A stretch of DNA of 56,324 nt from Candidatus Omnitrophota bacterium (GTDB taxonomy: Bacteria; Omnitrophota; Gorgyraeia; 2-01-FULL-45-10). This document shows, piece by piece, positions 53,743-56,324 of the stretch. A program made the position numbers and the translations under genes. Location of the stretch: assembly GCA_016929115.1 (NCBI GenBank), contig JAFGJL010000023.1, forward strand, positions 1 through 56,324. The letters run 5' to 3'. Numbering within the stretch: the first letter of the stretch is position 1; each line of letters begins with the position of its first letter. The notes under the pieces were generated by a model, which saw only the letters and a program-made list of their open reading frames with translations, was not told where the DNA came from and ran no database searches.

Positions 53743-55577
53743 CAAAAATAAGACACTTCATACACAATAACCGGCGGGCTGTTATAATAACCACTCATAT
53801 AGTCCTGGCGGCGCTGGCGTATTTCTTCGCATTTCTTCTTAGATTTGAGTTTGCAATACCCGCAAGTAACGCCCTCGCGTTCTACAAGACCCTGCCGCTT
53901 CTTGTCATAGTAAAGATCTTCTTCCTTTACCGCTTCAGGTTATTCAGCGGCCTATGGAAATATGTCAGCGTTGACGATCTGTGGCGCATCTTAAAAGCGA
54001 GCGTCATGTCAAGCATCGTCTTTGTGCTTGGCGTGGTCTTTGTATACGGTCTGACCGGTTACCCGCGTTCTGTGTTCATACTTGACTGGGTGCTGTATAC
54101 ATTCGCGGTAGGCGGCATCCGCTTTTTTAACAGGCTGCTTAAAGAAAGGGTCAGTTTTAACGGTTCAGACAAAAAGGCCAGGAAGGCCATAATCATAGGT
54201 GCGGGCGAAGCCGGCGTATTAACGCTGAGGGAATGCCGGAAAAACGCGGCTGTCAGCATGGAAGTGGTCGGTTTTGTCGATGATGACCCTTCGAAGCGTG
54301 GAGAGATCATACAGGGAATAAAAGTGGTCGGCTCCAGAAAAGACATACCCTCCATCGCAAAGGCTAAAAATATAGAAGAGATAGTGATAGCCATGCCTTC
54401 CGCCAAAGGGGAGGCTATCCGCGATATACTCTCGTATTGTGAGATCCCGGGCGTTAATATAAAAATAGTGCCTGGATTCGATACGCTAATACAGGGAAAG
54501 CTGGAGTTAAAACCGCGTGCCGTTAAGCCGGAGGACCTCCTTGGTAGGGAGAAGGTGGATATTGATACAAAAGGTATAAGCGCCTATTTAAAAGGTAAGC
54601 GTGTGCTGGTGACCGGAGCGGGCGGGTCCATCGGTTCGGAACTTTGCAGGCAGATAGCGCGCTTTGAGCCGGAAAAGATAGTGCTTTTTGACCACAATGA
54701 GAACGACGTATATTTCCTCGTAGTCGAATTTAAGACGAAATATCCCAAGATCAAGTTCAGGACCATCATAGGCGATGTGCGGGATGTGGGGTTACTGAAG
54801 CGCGTGTTTTCGCGCTTTAAGCCGCACGTTGTCTTCCACGCGGCCGCCCACAAGCATGTGCCGCTCATGGAGGAGAATGCCGTGGCCGCCGTTAAGAACA
54901 ATATAATAGGCAGCATGGACCTCATATATGCGGCGAGCCATTATAACATCGAGAGGTTCGTCCTCATCTCGACCGACAAGGCCGTCAACCCGGTGAATAT
55001 TATGGGGATGAGCAAGCGCATAGCCGAGATAATCATGCAGGCGAAGGCCGCGAAGAGCAGGACGAAGTTCATGGCTGTGCGGTTCGGAAACGTTCTTGGT
55101 TCGGCGGGGAGCGTTGTCCCCCTGTTTAAGCGGCAGATAGAGGAAGGCGGGCCTGTGACAATAACGCATCCGGATGCCAGGCGCTATTTCATGAGCGTCG
55201 GTGAGGCAGTGGCGCTGGTTTTGCAAGCGGGGGCGTTCGGCAGCGGCGGTGAGATATTCATCCTCGATATGGGTGAGCAGATAAAAATAGCCGATATCGC
55301 CAAGAACCTGATAAGCCTTTCGGGGTTGGAGCCGGGGCGGGACATAGAAATGAAGTTCGTGGGCCTGCGCGAAGGCGAAAAGCTTAAAGAGGATATATTG
55401 CTGGATAAGGAAAAGCACGGCGTCACGCGGCATGACAAGATATTTGTTACCAAGACAGGTAGTTTAGAGCCGGCGGAACTGCGTAAATATATCAAAGAGC
55501 TGCACAGGCTCTCCCAGCTCATGGACGAAGATAAGATTGTCACGAAGATGAAAGAGATCATAAAGTTGGCAGATTGA
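53739..55577 (+). CDS. Membrane-bound UDP-GlcNAc 4,6-dehydratase (CapD/PglF/WbpM-like)
   Basis: N-terminal TMs, GAGEAG, VTGAGGSIGSEL, HAAAHKHVP, STDKAVNP, RFGNVLGS. Confidence 0.93.
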   Translation: MTKIRHFIHNNRRAVIITTHIVLAALAYFFAFLLRFEFAIPASNALAFYKTLPLLVIVKIFFLYRFRLFSGLWKYVSVDDLWRILKASVMSSIVFVLGVVFVYGLTGYPRSVFILDWVLYTFAVGGIRFFNRLLKERVSFNGSDKKARKAIIIGAGEAGVLTLRECRKNAAVSMEVVGFVDDDPSKRGEIIQGIKVVGSRKDIPSIAKAKNIEEIVIAMPSAKGEAIRDILSYCEIPGVNIKIVPGFDTLIQGKLELKPRAVKPEDLLGREKVDIDTKGISAYLKGKRVLVTGAGGSIGSELCRQIARFEPEKIVLFDHNENDVYFLVVEFKTKYPKIKFRTIIGDVRDVGLLKRVFSRFKPHVVFHAAAHKHVPLMEENAVAAVKNNIIGSMDLIYAASHYNIERFVLISTDKAVNPVNIMGMSKRIAEIIMQAKAAKSRTKFMAVRFGNVLGSAGSVVPLFKRQIEEGGPVTITHPDARRYFMSVGEAVALVLQAGAFGSGGEIFILDMGEQIKIADIAKNLISLSGLEPGRDIEMKFVGLREGEKLKEDILLDKEKHGVTRHDKIFVTKTGSLEPAELRKYIKELHRLSQLMDEDKIVTKMKEIIKLAD

Positions 55578-55584
55578 ACTATTG

Positions 55585-56136
55585 ATGGCCTACGACACCG
55601 CGTTAAACAACAGCTGGAACGGATTGGCGGAAGTTTCGGATGCCGGTAAGCACGCCATTGAGTTCCTCGCCGATGCGTACGATATAAATTTAGAAAAGAG
55701 AACGGTCCTCTCCAAGTCCCGCAACGCGCCTGCCAAAGATTACATAACCATATTACTCCTGCATTATCTCATCGGTATCTCAAAGAAGAAATGCGCCCCG
55801 AGCGGGGAGTGGGTGTCGTTCAAGGAGATGGAATCCGGGCGGTTCTACTATTCGGCATTCTACGAGGGCGCGATAAAGCCCATCGTCAAGAAATACGGCG
55901 AGGATCCGGGCAAGCTCTCCGAGGCGATGAAGAAGTTCGGCGGAAGGGACATCGAGACAGGCGATGCGGGAATCGAGATAAGCGTTTTTCCAGATGTTCC
56001 TGTGCGCATAGTGATATGGAAGGGCGACGAAGAGTTCGAGGCGGAAGCGACGATGTTGTTTGATAAGAGCATATCGAGCATATTCTCTACGGAGGATATA
56101 GCAGTGTTGGCGCGGGTTTTAGCTCATTCGATTTAG
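55585..56136 (+). CDS. DUF3786 domain protein
   Basis: ILLLHYL, GEWVSFKEM..G..Y, W.GDEEF....LFD.SI. Confidence 0.8.
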   Translation: MAYDTALNNSWNGLAEVSDAGKHAIEFLADAYDINLEKRTVLSKSRNAPAKDYITILLLHYLIGISKKKCAPSGEWVSFKEMESGRFYYSAFYEGAIKPIVKKYGEDPGKLSEAMKKFGGRDIETGDAGIEISVFPDVPVRIVIWKGDEEFEAEATMLFDKSISSIFSTEDIAVLARVLAHSI

Positions 56137-56180
56137 ATCGCGGGGGACCGAAAGCATGTCCGGTAGATGTATAATTTTTA

Positions 56181-56209
56181 TTGCAATAAGTTAACGAATA
56201 TGTTAAGTT
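56181..56209 (+). promoter_or_regulatory. Probable promoter with overlapping inverted repeat
   Basis: TTGCAA-N17-TAAGTT; TTAAC-N6-GTTAA at 56191-56206. Confidence 0.45.
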
Positions 56210-56215
56210 AATGCT

Positions 56216-56324
56216 ATGAAACTGAATGACCTATTTGATCTCGTTAAAGATTTACCGGTAATCGACACGGAAAGCCTATTGGTAGGTGTTGACAATCCTG
56301 CGTCTTTGCGCGTTCAGATCAGCC
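56216..56324 (+). CDS. 5' fragment of a possible AbiEi-like (type IV TA antitoxin) wHTH protein, truncated by the window edge
   Basis: MKLNDLFDLVKDLPVIDTESLLVGVDNPASLRVQIS resembles AbiEi-like N-termini; only 36 aa visible. Confidence 0.45.
   Translation, partial: MKLNDLFDLVKDLPVIDTESLLVGVDNPASLRVQIS

Noticed and set aside
1-56324. tRNA, rRNA, IS transposase, prophage or integrase genes
   Set aside because: None recognisable; intergenic gaps are short and explained by promoters, terminators or repeats

Overview
Bacterial chromosomal window, probably Candidatus Omnitrophota or another PVC lineage. That assignment is inferred from the 13 kb giant gene with a QDIVWANP-type signal peptide and was not verified. 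Contents in order: (1) MarR-TolC-MFP-RND efflux operon with a P-II-like tail gene, then greA; (2) ispH and a polyprenyl synthase; (3) small housekeeping genes (two YjbQ, cupin, YbgC thioesterase); (4) an M48 peptidase and a Macro-Nudix fusion, bracketed by two inverted copies of a ~110 bp element with heptamer-repeat arms and two hairpins; (5) a HelY/Ski2-like helicase divergent from a TMTC-like GT-C/TPR gene; (6) a 4373-aa secreted or membrane mosaic giant protein (SNase, UPF0489-like, HEAT, wHTH, kinase-like, methyltransferase); (7) a ~25 kb Wzx/Wzy polysaccharide locus with unusual tailoring genes (P-loop kinase, NTase-kinase fusion, methyltransferases, TylF, split transketolase); (8) DUF3786 and the start of an AbiEi-like gene. 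The most unexplained signals are the small structured repeat families (YTATGAR heptamer elements and GGGAC(T/A)G(T/A)CCC REP-like palindromes), which overlap gene ends and one giant-gene domain junction, and the giant gene itself. All protein family calls come from motif recognition, not database searches.
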